A stretch of DNA of 64,000 nucleotides from an uncultured Poribacteria bacterium. GTDB taxonomy: Bacteria; Poribacteria; WGA-4E; WGA-3G. Shown here piece after piece: positions 19,184 to 28,534 of the stretch; position 1 is the stretch's first letter, and each line of letters starts with the position of its first letter. Below the pieces are notes generated by a model. The model did no database searches. It was not told where the DNA came from and saw only the letters and a list, made by a program, of their open reading frames with translations. The position numbers were made by a program, and so were the translations under genes. The stretch is from NCBI GenBank assembly GCA_958296135.2, contig CATQHZ020000001.1, positions 160,001 through 224,000 on the forward strand, read 5' to 3'.

Positions 19184-20323
19184 TTATGACTCTCCGATTT
19201 GATTCGCGATGAGCATCATATCTAGAATGTTGACAATTCCATCGCCGTTCAGATCTGGCGATGGCTGTCCGATACGTGATGCCACGAACGTTAAGTCCTG
19301 AATGTTAACGCTGCCGTCGCCGGTGACATCATAACGGTTTGGCGACGTGTAATCCCACAGCAAGATGGTGTTATCCAAACTGCCGCTCGCGAAGGTGGTG
19401 CCATCGGGTGAGAAAGCGAGGGAGGTGACAGAAGCCGTGTGTCCGTAAAGCGTGCTGCGGTGTGTGCCAGTATAGAGATTCCATAGCCGAATTGTTTCGT
19501 CTCGACTCCCGCTAACGATTGTCATGCCATCAGGCGAAAAGGCGACTGCATAGACACCCCCGGTATGCCCTGCCAGAAGAGCGAGAACTTCGCCTGTGCT
19601 GACATCTGACAGTCGGAGCATGCCATCCAAACTTGCACTCGCGAGGATACGGCCATCTGGCGAAAACGCGATGTCTTGAACGCTGTCCGTGTGTGCGGTG
19701 AGCGTAAGGCGCGGCCTGTCTGTCAGCATAAACGCGCCCCGCGCGTCCCACAATCGAATCGTGCCATCCCTGCTGCCGCTGGCGAGCAACGTTCCATCCG
19801 GCGAGAAGGCCAACGCGTTCGTCCAGCGCGTATAGGTTTCAAGCCTTCCGATTTGCTGCGCGATTGCTGTATCCCACAGGCGGATGTGCGTGTCTTCCCA
19901 TCCGCTGCCACTGGCAAGGGTTTTTCCGTCAGGTGAAAAAGCTACGGACAAGGTTTCTCGAAACCGCCCTTGGAACGTCGCCTTCAATTCATAGCGGTGT
20001 AGATGCCACAAACGGATTGTCCTATCCCAACTTGCGCTGGCGAGCGTTGTGCCATCGGATGAAAGGGCCAACGTGGTAATCCTGTCGGTATGTCCTTCAA
20101 GAGTGGCAATGCGTTCGCCGGTGTGTGGATTCCACAATTGGATGGTATTTTCATTTCCCGAACCACCGCCGCTGACAAGGAAGGTTCCATCAGGTGAGAA
20201 GACTGCCTTGCTTCCCACCGATATAGTCACTCCCTGAATAACGAGGCGTGGGGTTTCTGCGGCGAACCCGTTCAGTGGAAATATGATGGAAATGGAGATG
20301 AACGTCACTATAAAGTATTTCAT
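19184..20323 (-). CDS. Secreted WD40 repeat protein with C-terminal dockerin-like domain
   Basis: Signal peptide MKYFIVT.., 7 WD repeats, DVTGDGSVNIQDL/DLNGDGIVNILD. Confidence 0.9.
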   Translation of the reverse strand: MKYFIVTFISISIIFPLNGFAAETPRLVIQGVTISVGSKAVFSPDGTFLVSGGGSGNENTIQLWNPHTGERIATLEGHTDRITTLALSSDGTTLASASWDRTIRLWHLHRYELKATFQGRFRETLSVAFSPDGKTLASGSGWEDTHIRLWDTAIAQQIGRLETYTRWTNALAFSPDGTLLASGSRDGTIRLWDARGAFMLTDRPRLTLTAHTDSVQDIAFSPDGRILASASLDGMLRLSDVSTGEVLALLAGHTGGVYAVAFSPDGMTIVSGSRDETIRLWNLYTGTHRSTLYGHTASVTSLAFSPDGTTFASGSLDNTILLWDYTSPNRYDVTGDGSVNIQDLTFVASRIGQPSPDLNGDGIVNILDMMLIANQIGES

Positions 20324-20328
20324 CGTTA

Positions 20329-21294
20329 TCAATACCACGCCGCCTTATTGACGACATTTCGCAACGGCTCACCTGCCGCAAACCGACGCGCGTTCGCTAA
20401 TAAAATCTCAAACCGACGCGCCGGAACGTTCGCCGCATCTTTCACGGCAATGTGCGGCGTGAGCAACACGTTCGGTAACTGCCACAGCGGACTCTCCGCA
20501 GGCAACGGCTCTACTTCAAACACGTCTAAACCGCACCCAGCGATGTTGCCGTGCGTCAGGGCCGCCACCAACTCGGCGAGTCTCATCGTTTTGCCGCGCC
20601 CGATGTTGATGAAATAGGCAGTCCGTTTCATTAACGCGAAGCGGTTTTTGTTCCACATCCCCTCCGTTTCAGGCGTGTGCGGCGTGGTAGCTATCACAAA
20701 GTCAGCGCGCGGCAGCAGCGCATCCAATGCCGCCGGTTCGTGTTTCTCAACGAAAGGCACATCGTATTCCCACCTCGGGTCGACACCGATGACCTTCATG
20801 CCGAACGCATCGCAGCGGCGCGCTGTCTCCTGTCCAATGCCGCCGACACCGACAATCAACGCTGTCGCCTGCGCCAAATCGATGTATCCGTGTTTGCGCG
20901 CATCTTTGTCCCAGATTCCTTCGCGCTGTGCATCCATATAGTAGGGTAAGCCGCGAGCGAGCGCGAGCACAAACATCATGATGTGCTGCGCGATATGGTC
21001 ATTGTAGATACCGCGCGGGTTACAGACTACCACGGGGTGTTCAATCAACGCCGGGTAATAGTAGCCGGGGAAGGGACCTGCGGCGGGATTTTGTAACCAG
21101 CGCAGATTGCCCGCTAACGGCAGTTGTTCCGGCGATACCCAGCCGTAGACAGCATCTGCATCGGGGAGATGCTGCCGGACCTCTTCGGCTGTTGTCGGTA
21201 AGACGATGTCGTAAGTTGGCAATTCGGTTTGAATGCGGTGTGCCCAATCCTGCGATTCGGCATTTTGGGGCGGCATCATGATTAATTTTGGCAT
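20329..21294 (-). CDS. D-2-hydroxyacid dehydrogenase
   Basis: GVGGIG, INIGRG, GLDVFEVEPLP, LTPHIA. Confidence 0.92.
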   Translation of the reverse strand: MPKLIMMPPQNAESQDWAHRIQTELPTYDIVLPTTAEEVRQHLPDADAVYGWVSPEQLPLAGNLRWLQNPAAGPFPGYYYPALIEHPVVVCNPRGIYNDHIAQHIMMFVLALARGLPYYMDAQREGIWDKDARKHGYIDLAQATALIVGVGGIGQETARRCDAFGMKVIGVDPRWEYDVPFVEKHEPAALDALLPRADFVIATTPHTPETEGMWNKNRFALMKRTAYFINIGRGKTMRLAELVAALTHGNIAGCGLDVFEVEPLPAESPLWQLPNVLLTPHIAVKDAANVPARRFEILLANARRFAAGEPLRNVVNKAAWY

Positions 21295-21438
21295 CGGGGT
21301 TGCTCCTATTTAGCGGGCGCGGGGGAAACCCTCGGCAGTTAGTGACTGCCGGGCCCCCGCGCTACGGTATTCTTGTACGACATATTTAGGGTTTGTGGCA
21401 TATTTTATCATGATTTCAGGTGAAAGACAAGCGTTATA

Positions 21439-21468
21439 TTGACATTATCTCTCGCAATGTGATACTAT
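21439..21468 (+). promoter_or_regulatory. Sigma70-like promoter of the AAA gene
   Basis: TTGACA 21439-44 followed by a gatact/tactat -10 candidate. Confidence 0.5.
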
Positions 21469-21524
21469 AAATTGTTGAAAGTTTCAAAGCGACGCTGTCC
21501 ATTCAGACTACTTGAGAGGAGGAA

Positions 21525-22712
21525 ATGATGCGAACGTTTGAGACCCGAGGGCCCGTGACTCCCGAAAAGAATTACGTTGTCCGCCGCCAGGCAGAGTTGG
21601 CGGATTTCATTTGTCGCGTGAAGGAGGGCCGCTATATTGTCATTTTCGCGCCGCGGCAGACAGGCAAAACGACTTTTTTCCGCGCGGCTCTCCAAACTCT
21701 CGCCGTGGAAGAACCTACCTACTTCCCGATCGAACTGAATTTCCAAGTGTATAAAAACGTCGCGCCGAATGCATTCTACGGCCGCGTTTACAGAAAGATT
21801 CGCCAAGAAATTGAGGGCGTTTTTCACCAGCGCGGGCAGACGCTTTCTGATACGTTGAATCAATTTTTGCGGAACGGCTCGATGCACGATCATCTTTCAC
21901 TGCTAGACTTCTTTGAACAACTCGCAGGCTTCCTAGCACCGCAGCGGGTTGTGCTCATCATTGACGAGTTTGATGGGATGCCGGCCACCGCCGTGAGCGA
22001 TTTTTTGTATGCACTCCGTGACATCTACCACTCCAAGGCGACAACTCCCTGTCCCTATAGCATCGGCATCGTTGGGGTCAAAAACATTACGCAATTGAAC
22101 TATGACCGGTCCATCTCGCCGTTCAATGTCCAAGATGAGTTTGCTTTGCCGAACTTCACGCTTGAACAGGTGCAGGAACTGCTTGGGCAATATACCGATG
22201 AAGTGGGGCAAACGTTCGATCCTGATGTTATCGCGCTACTGCACCGCCAGACAGGGGGACAACCATTTCTTGTCAATCGACTTGCGCAAATGCTCACCGA
22301 GGATATGGACATTCCGAAGGCGGAGACGATTGCGATGCCGCACTTCGCAGCGGCACATCGGCAACTTCTTGAAGAAAGGAACGTCAATATCACACACCTT
22401 ACCACCAATATCCGCAGGGATCCGCGCTTTCAACGTCGTCTGATGCAAATCACCTCCTACGATGAAAGCGTGAGTTTCAATCTGGACGACGACATCCTTA
22501 GTGAACTTGCCACCTACGGTGTCATCGCGAAAGGCACGGATGGTATGTGTGAGATAGCGAACCCGATTTATCTCTACCGCATCCTACAAACGTTCCAGCC
22601 GCTAATAAACGGGCTGGAGGAAGAATACTACTCCCAAGACACAGGCAGCGGGTATCGCGATTACCTCACGCCTGCAGGGCAGATTCGTATGGCTGGGCTC
22701 TTGGATAACTAA
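21525..22712 (+). pseudogene. AAA-like ATPase paralog truncated before the PD-(D/E)XK domain
   Basis: APRQTGKTT, LIIDEFD; stops at MAGLLDN* where paralogs continue LLDNFRDFIARAG. Confidence 0.8.
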
Positions 22713-22779
22713 GGACGGATTTCTAGGGTTTCCGCACGTGGACGAAATTTCGCGCAAATGGAATCCTCAAATTTTTAAG

Positions 22780-22809
22780 TTGACATTTTAGGGCAAAAGG
22801 TGGTATAAT
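22780..22809 (+). promoter_or_regulatory. Consensus sigma70 promoter
   Basis: TTGACA-18-TATAAT; further promoter-like elements near 22887-22915. Confidence 0.65.
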
Positions 22810-23195
22810 TTGCCAACATTTGGGCAATTAATACCGAAATCCACACTCGGAGAACCGTTATCAAGGAATCTCTCGCGAAAGAACGGTTGACTCACATTTG
22901 GGTTTTGGGTAGAATGCAATTGCTGATGACGTATCGGCGCAATTTAGCAACCGTTTTTTCTTGCGATTTTTCGCGTATTTGTGCTATGCTATCTGATACG
23001 TTATCAATTACGTGTGTTCGTGACGGCCGCGGTTAATGGGCGGCTCTCGGGCACCACCGATACGAATGAACTTGCACACAACGATGGAGGCAGTCAACTT
23101 GCAGACGAAGTCCGTAGCATGCGGTGTTGCAACTCTGGAAGAGTTTGTTCGTAGGTAGTCTATTTTCACGTAATCTGGAAGCCGTAAGGACTGAT

Positions 23196-25490
23196 ATGAC
23201 ACCTGAAGGAATAGTGGTTGAGGAAGTGGTTCGCTACTTCTCCGACCCGGGGTTCCAAAAGTTCTCGATAAAGAGAGAATATCCGATTCAGATGGGCTCT
23301 GACAACCGCAGAGCCGATGTTGTGCTGATTGATAGCGCGGATAACCTCGTCGCCGTTGCGGAATGCAAGCGGGTCGGGGGAGAAGGGCGGGGACTGGATC
23401 AGTTAAAGTCTTACCTCAGTGCAACGGATACGCGTTTCGGGATATTCGCCAATAGCACCAATCCTGCTGCTTGGGATTTTTACGAGAACTTGGGACGAAA
23501 TCAGGTTAGACCGATGACGCGCTCTGAATTTGAAAAGCGCGTTAAAAAGGATGCTAATGTGATAAATCGTGTGTTGAATTTTTTCAAGAACATGTTCCGT
23601 CCGTCCGATAAGCGAGAAGACACCGAGGAACCGACAGGCACCACACCTGATGTGACAACCGAACCGGAGTCTAACACGCCGGTGTTCCGTCCGCCCGCGA
23701 ATCCTAACAGTCCTGAAGGCATTACGGAAACTGAACCTGTTAGAAAACCTGTTGTATCTCCGCCACCAATGCCGGGGGTACCCGACACGGAAGGATACTC
23801 ACCCTTGCAAAGCGAATATAGAGACAATCCGGGTGCGCCAAGTTTGAATGGCGAGCCTTACTACAGCGAAGATAACGGTTTTTCTTGCGCAGTCGCGCTC
23901 CGTGGGATACCTGAAGGTTTACCTGCTCATATTGACCGGATTATCCGTGACGAACGATTAGCAGTGGCATATAGTCGCGAGCAACTTCAGGCAGAAATTG
24001 AGTCGTTAGAAGGCGAGAAATCCGAACTTGAGATGGAGAAGCGCGGTTATGAATCGGAAATCGCTTCTCGCGCCGAAGAACTCGCGGGAAAAAAGGAGGA
24101 GTTGGCCGGTTTGCAAGTCCAATGGCACGCGCCAGTGGGAACCGGACTAGACTCATCGCAGCCTGTTACGGGCACTTCTGGAGAATCCGCAGTTGAATTC
24201 GCTTCTCTTCCGCAAGAAGAAATACCTGATGTCCCGTTTAGACAACAGATTGAGGCAGAGGTCGAAGAGTTGATTCACGAGAAGGATCGCCTTGGTCAGC
24301 AACTCGGTCAGAAGACTGAAGAGTTGGCTCGCAAGAAAGAAGAACTTGCGGGACTTGAAGTCCAAATAGAAGCACCGACGGAGACAGAATTAAATCCGCC
24401 ATCTGTTGAAGGTGCTGCCCCCGTTCCTTCTAAACAGCAGTTCTCTGTTCTTCAGTTGATTTTTGCAAGTTTTACCACATTTGCGGTGGTTGGCCTGCTT
24501 TTTTACCTATTTATTTTTTATTCTTCGGCTGGTGATAAGGCTTTCGGTTCAGGACGCGGCTCAGTCCAGGAAAAGTTAAATGAGATCGTTAATCATGCCG
24601 CTTTCTTTCAAGCGTGGCAGGAGCCAATGAACCTGTTTGTAATTACGTTCCCTTTTATTTTTCTCGTTCTTGCTGTTGTGACTCACCTCTGTTTGGAGCA
24701 CAGAAGATGGGTTTACTTGGGAGTAGTTATCTTATCTACTCTCGCGCTTGATGCCGTAATTGCAGTCAAGATTTCGCAAAATATTCATGAAAATAAGGAG
24801 GCAAGAGGGCTGCTGCCAGAAGGAGCAGAGTGGTCCTTATTGGATATCAATATCTTTGCTGTCCTTTTGTTAGGATTTGCAGTTTCTCTATTGCTAGGTT
24901 TTGGTTTCTATTGGGTTACGGAATTGTGGAAGAGTGTGCGGCCGCACCGTAACGAATCTACGGAATTCGATTTGCGGAGGAAGGTCGAAAAGAATGAACG
25001 CGAGGTTCAATTAGCCACTTTAAGAACCCAAATGGATAACTTGCACACCAAGATTGACTCACTCAATGGGGATATCGCAGTCACTCAGCAGAAGATTGAC
25101 GAGCGTCAGGCTAAAGTTGAGGAGTTGTCAAGGCAACAGCGGGAAGCTGGAGAGAAAACTGCAAAGCTGCCTCTTAACGTTCAACTCGCTGTCTTAAAAA
25201 CTGGAATGGAGAACTTGCAAAACGAGATTAACCAGTTCAATGAGAGACGGAACACCGTTCAGCAGGAAATTCAGGACCGTCAGACTAAGATAGAGGCGTT
25301 GAAGGAGCGGCGACGCATAAAGTTAGTCGACCTTAATAAGATCGAATGGCAAGTTAGCCAATTCGTGAGCGGGTGGTGCCGCTATATTGCCCACAGTAAA
25401 ACCGAGACTGATGATGCATCGGCCAAAATCGAAAGGGTTCGGCAAGTCAAAAATGATACACTTGCCCAATATTTCGAGACTTTACGGTAG
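23196..25490 (+). CDS. HsdR_N-like PD-(D/E)XK nuclease domain + coiled coils + 4 TM helices + coiled coil
   Basis: REYPIQMG..RADVV..AECKR..DQLKSYL..GIFAN; four hydrophobic segments; heptad-rich flanks; ATG 23196 with AAGGA RBS. Confidence 0.75.
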   Translation: MTPEGIVVEEVVRYFSDPGFQKFSIKREYPIQMGSDNRRADVVLIDSADNLVAVAECKRVGGEGRGLDQLKSYLSATDTRFGIFANSTNPAAWDFYENLGRNQVRPMTRSEFEKRVKKDANVINRVLNFFKNMFRPSDKREDTEEPTGTTPDVTTEPESNTPVFRPPANPNSPEGITETEPVRKPVVSPPPMPGVPDTEGYSPLQSEYRDNPGAPSLNGEPYYSEDNGFSCAVALRGIPEGLPAHIDRIIRDERLAVAYSREQLQAEIESLEGEKSELEMEKRGYESEIASRAEELAGKKEELAGLQVQWHAPVGTGLDSSQPVTGTSGESAVEFASLPQEEIPDVPFRQQIEAEVEELIHEKDRLGQQLGQKTEELARKKEELAGLEVQIEAPTETELNPPSVEGAAPVPSKQQFSVLQLIFASFTTFAVVGLLFYLFIFYSSAGDKAFGSGRGSVQEKLNEIVNHAAFFQAWQEPMNLFVITFPFIFLVLAVVTHLCLEHRRWVYLGVVILSTLALDAVIAVKISQNIHENKEARGLLPEGAEWSLLDINIFAVLLLGFAVSLLLGFGFYWVTELWKSVRPHRNESTEFDLRRKVEKNEREVQLATLRTQMDNLHTKIDSLNGDIAVTQQKIDERQAKVEELSRQQREAGEKTAKLPLNVQLAVLKTGMENLQNEINQFNERRNTVQQEIQDRQTKIEALKERRRIKLVDLNKIEWQVSQFVSGWCRYIAHSKTETDDASAKIERVRQVKNDTLAQYFETLR

Positions 25491-25572
25491 CATCGCCGAG
25501 TCTTGAATCAGGTCTTCCCTTATGTGGTGACTGTATGACGTAAGTGGAGACAACCTAAAAAAGGAGCCATAT

Positions 25573-26481
25573 ATGGCACAAATGAAGATTTTTGGCATTG
25601 TATTCGCTGTGTTTTTCGTTTTCCTAGTCGGTTGCAAATCAGAGTCGTCTGAAGCCGTCGGGAAGGAATCAAAATCCGCTGCGTCTAAAGCCTTAAATAT
25701 CGTTGTCATCCTTGATACATCGGATCGAATTTCAAAAGAAAAACATCCCGGCCAAGTTCAAAGAGATCTTGATATCGTGACAGGTATCGTTGATTTCTTT
25801 GAAAAACTAGTCCGTGATGAACTCGCTGAAAGCGAGAAAATCGAGTACCTGCACCGGCTGACCTTCGTGGTTCCGGAACAGCCCAGGGTCCCCCAGATTC
25901 CTTTGGACATTATGGAAAAACTGACAATTGAGGATTCAGGGAATGGACGCAGTTTCCCAGAGTTCAAAAAACAGAAGTCAGAATTGCTTCCGGCGGTCAA
26001 GAAATTATACGAATTTGTTCAGGGGCACGGGCAATTCACCGGATCCGATATTTGGGGTTGGTTTCGGTCCAAAGCGGAATTTTATTTGCAAGGTGACCAT
26101 AACTACATCATCTGTGTTTCGGATGGTTACCTTAATTTCGATCGGGACATTGAAGCGAAGCGGCGCAAAGGGACATACATGCGGGTTGGCGAACTTCGCC
26201 ACGTCGAAAATTGGCAAGACAAATTCCGCCGAGAAGGATACGGATTCTTGCCTATTAAAGAAGAAAATTTCAGCCGTTACAACGTGAAATTCTTAATGGT
26301 TGAAATCGCCCTCCGGCGCGAGCAGACTACCGGCGTTGTTTATACGCAGGACACTGATATTATCAAAGAATACTGGGGAACATGGTTGACATCAATGGGA
26401 ATTACTGATTCCCAATTCATAGAGCAACTTAATCCCGAAATCCTTCAAAAGGAGATTAAGGCGTTCATTTTGTCCCTTTAA
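25573..26481 (+). CDS. Lipoprotein with vWA-like domain
   Basis: Lipobox LVGC; LNIVVILDTSDRIS (MIDAS-like) and IICVSDGY. Confidence 0.7.
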   Translation: MAQMKIFGIVFAVFFVFLVGCKSESSEAVGKESKSAASKALNIVVILDTSDRISKEKHPGQVQRDLDIVTGIVDFFEKLVRDELAESEKIEYLHRLTFVVPEQPRVPQIPLDIMEKLTIEDSGNGRSFPEFKKQKSELLPAVKKLYEFVQGHGQFTGSDIWGWFRSKAEFYLQGDHNYIICVSDGYLNFDRDIEAKRRKGTYMRVGELRHVENWQDKFRREGYGFLPIKEENFSRYNVKFLMVEIALRREQTTGVVYTQDTDIIKEYWGTWLTSMGITDSQFIEQLNPEILQKEIKAFILSL

Positions 26482-26522
26482 TTTCTTGGGTTTCCACGGC
26501 GATAAGTCGGCGAACGATAAAG

Positions 26523-26732
26523 GTGAACATCCCAACGATGCTCACTAAAAACATGAAGGAACTCCAGTATCGCGAACCGCAGTTGCACGCGGTGTTGGAT
26601 AAAGTCCTTCAGCATCCAGGCGGTAAAGGCGTTTATTCCGCAGACCTGCACCGCCTGCCCGAGCCGGATATCCAGACGATTGTAACGGAAATTCAGCAAG
26701 CGCGTCAGGCAGAAAAGCGGCGTGCCGGCTAG
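26523..26732 (+). CDS. Small hypothetical protein
   Basis: 69-aa ORF, plausible composition. Confidence 0.4.
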   Translation: MNIPTMLTKNMKELQYREPQLHAVLDKVLQHPGGKGVYSADLHRLPEPDIQTIVTEIQQARQAEKRRAG

Positions 26733-26756
26733 AGCTGCAGGCGGCGCGCGGGAAAT

Positions 26757-27040
26757 ATGCTCCCGCACGTGACGCACGGCAGCACCGCACAAGTTGTCTC
26801 GCTGTTTGTGGTGTTGCTCGTCGCCTTAATCACCTGGGGATTCAAAAAGTGTTATTCAGAATCAAGGAGCGAGAGGAGTTGAAAGATCTCATCGCCAAAC
26901 AGGCCGCGCAAATTGCAGAACAGGCCGCGCTCATCAACGATTTGAAAGCAAGTGCTGAAAAAGTGCCTGCCTTGGAGCAGCAAATCGCCGAACTGGCTGC
27001 CCAACTGGAGCACCAGAAGGGACAGCAGTCACCGCGATAA
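26757..27040 (+). pseudogene. Small TM + coiled-coil protein, frameshifted at A5 (26844-26848)
   Basis: MLPHVTHGSTAQVVSLFVVLLVALITWGFKK joins VLFRIKEREELKDLIAKQ.. if one A is added. Confidence 0.4.
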
Positions 27041-27139
27041 GAACGGGAAGCCGGCGAGGGAATTGGGCTGGAAGCGTCCTTGCCGGCACCCCCTAGCCTC
27101 TTTTGCAAGCGTTGCGACACAAGTCAGGAGCCACGTCTC

Positions 27140-28534
27140 ATGGAAACCCCACTCCACATCGCTTTTGATAAAGGCACCCTCATCCTCCAACATGTCCCAA
27201 AGGCACTCCAGCCGCACTTAGCAGAACTCCGCTGGGACGAACGCACCCTCACCTATCGCGCCCCCGCCTATCGCTATCGGCAGATTGTCTCGCACCTGCT
27301 GGCGCACAACATTCCCTATCAGGACAACGCGAGGCAATTCACTATCGAACCGTTCGTGCTCCAAAAGACTTTACCGCCGTATCCTTACCAGACCGAGGCA
27401 ATCGACGCGTGGCACGCCAACGGCAAGCGCGGTGTGATGAGTCTCCCTACCGGTGCTGGCAAAACCTTCATCGCCGTGATGCTCATCGCCGATATGCAAC
27501 GTCCCACACTTGTGCATGTGCCCACCATCGCTCTAATGCATCAGTGGTATACTGTCCTGCGCGAGTATTTCGGCACCGAGGTGGGGCTTTACGGCGGCGG
27601 TTATCATGAATTGGCATCGCTCACCGTGACGACATATCAATCCGCTGTCATGCACGCGCCCTATTACGGCAATCGGTTCGGCCTGGCGATTTTTGACGAG
27701 TGTCATCACCTCCCCGGTCAGCAGTATCAATACGCCGCTATCAGTAGCATCGCGCCGTTTCGGCTGGGGTTAACGGCAACGCCTGAACGGACAGATGGCG
27801 GAGAAACCCGGCTGTATTCTCTCGTCGGCGAGTGTTGTTATGAGGCGAAGGTGCAGGAACTCTCCGGCAAAACGTTGTCGCCGTATCGCGTTGTCACGAT
27901 TGCGATTGAGATGGAGGACACGGAGCGGGTTCGTTATGAGGAGGCCCGTTGCACTTATCTGGATTTCCTCAAGAAGGCACACATTAATATGGGCGCGGGC
28001 CGGGGTTGGCAGACGTTCCTCTGGAAGTCTTCTCAAACGGCTGAGGGACGCGAGGCGTTTAAGGCGTATCTAACCCAGAAGCAGCTCAGTTTCGCTTCCA
28101 CTACCAAGCAGGAGTGGGTGTGGAAGTTAATCCAGCGGCACCGCGGCGACCGGATTCTCATCTTTACGCAAGATAACACCACGGCGTATCAACTCGGCGG
28201 GCGGTTTTTCCTCCCCGTCCTGACACATCAGACGAAGCTGAAGGAGCGGAACGCCTTTTTGGAGAACTTCCGCGATGGCACGTATGCTATCCTCGTCACG
28301 TCTAAAGTGCTCAATGAGGGGGTGGATGTGCCGGAGGCGAACGTGGCTATCATCGTTTCGGGGAGCGGAAGTGTGCGGGAGCATGTGCAGCGGTTAGGAC
28401 GTATCTTGCGGAAACGTGAGGGGAAACAGGCGGTACTTTACGAGTTGATTTCCAAACAAACGGGTGAACATTTTGTGAATAAACGGCGGCGGCAACATCA
28501 TGCTTACGAAAGCTCTGATTCGGTATCACATTGA
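27140..28534 (+). CDS. XPB/Rad25(Ssl2)-like superfamily 2 helicase
   Basis: PYPYQ, LPTGAGKT, DECHH, LTATPER, LNEGVDVP, VQRLGRILR. Confidence 0.9.
   Translation: METPLHIAFDKGTLILQHVPKALQPHLAELRWDERTLTYRAPAYRYRQIVSHLLAHNIPYQDNARQFTIEPFVLQKTLPPYPYQTEAIDAWHANGKRGVMSLPTGAGKTFIAVMLIADMQRPTLVHVPTIALMHQWYTVLREYFGTEVGLYGGGYHELASLTVTTYQSAVMHAPYYGNRFGLAIFDECHHLPGQQYQYAAISSIAPFRLGLTATPERTDGGETRLYSLVGECCYEAKVQELSGKTLSPYRVVTIAIEMEDTERVRYEEARCTYLDFLKKAHINMGAGRGWQTFLWKSSQTAEGREAFKAYLTQKQLSFASTTKQEWVWKLIQRHRGDRILIFTQDNTTAYQLGGRFFLPVLTHQTKLKERNAFLENFRDGTYAILVTSKVLNEGVDVPEANVAIIVSGSGSVREHVQRLGRILRKREGKQAVLYELISKQTGEHFVNKRRRQHHAYESSDSVSH

Noticed and set aside
23008-23202. 64-aa minus-strand ORF
   Set aside because: No recognisable motif; overlaps the promoter and RBS region of the plus-strand gene
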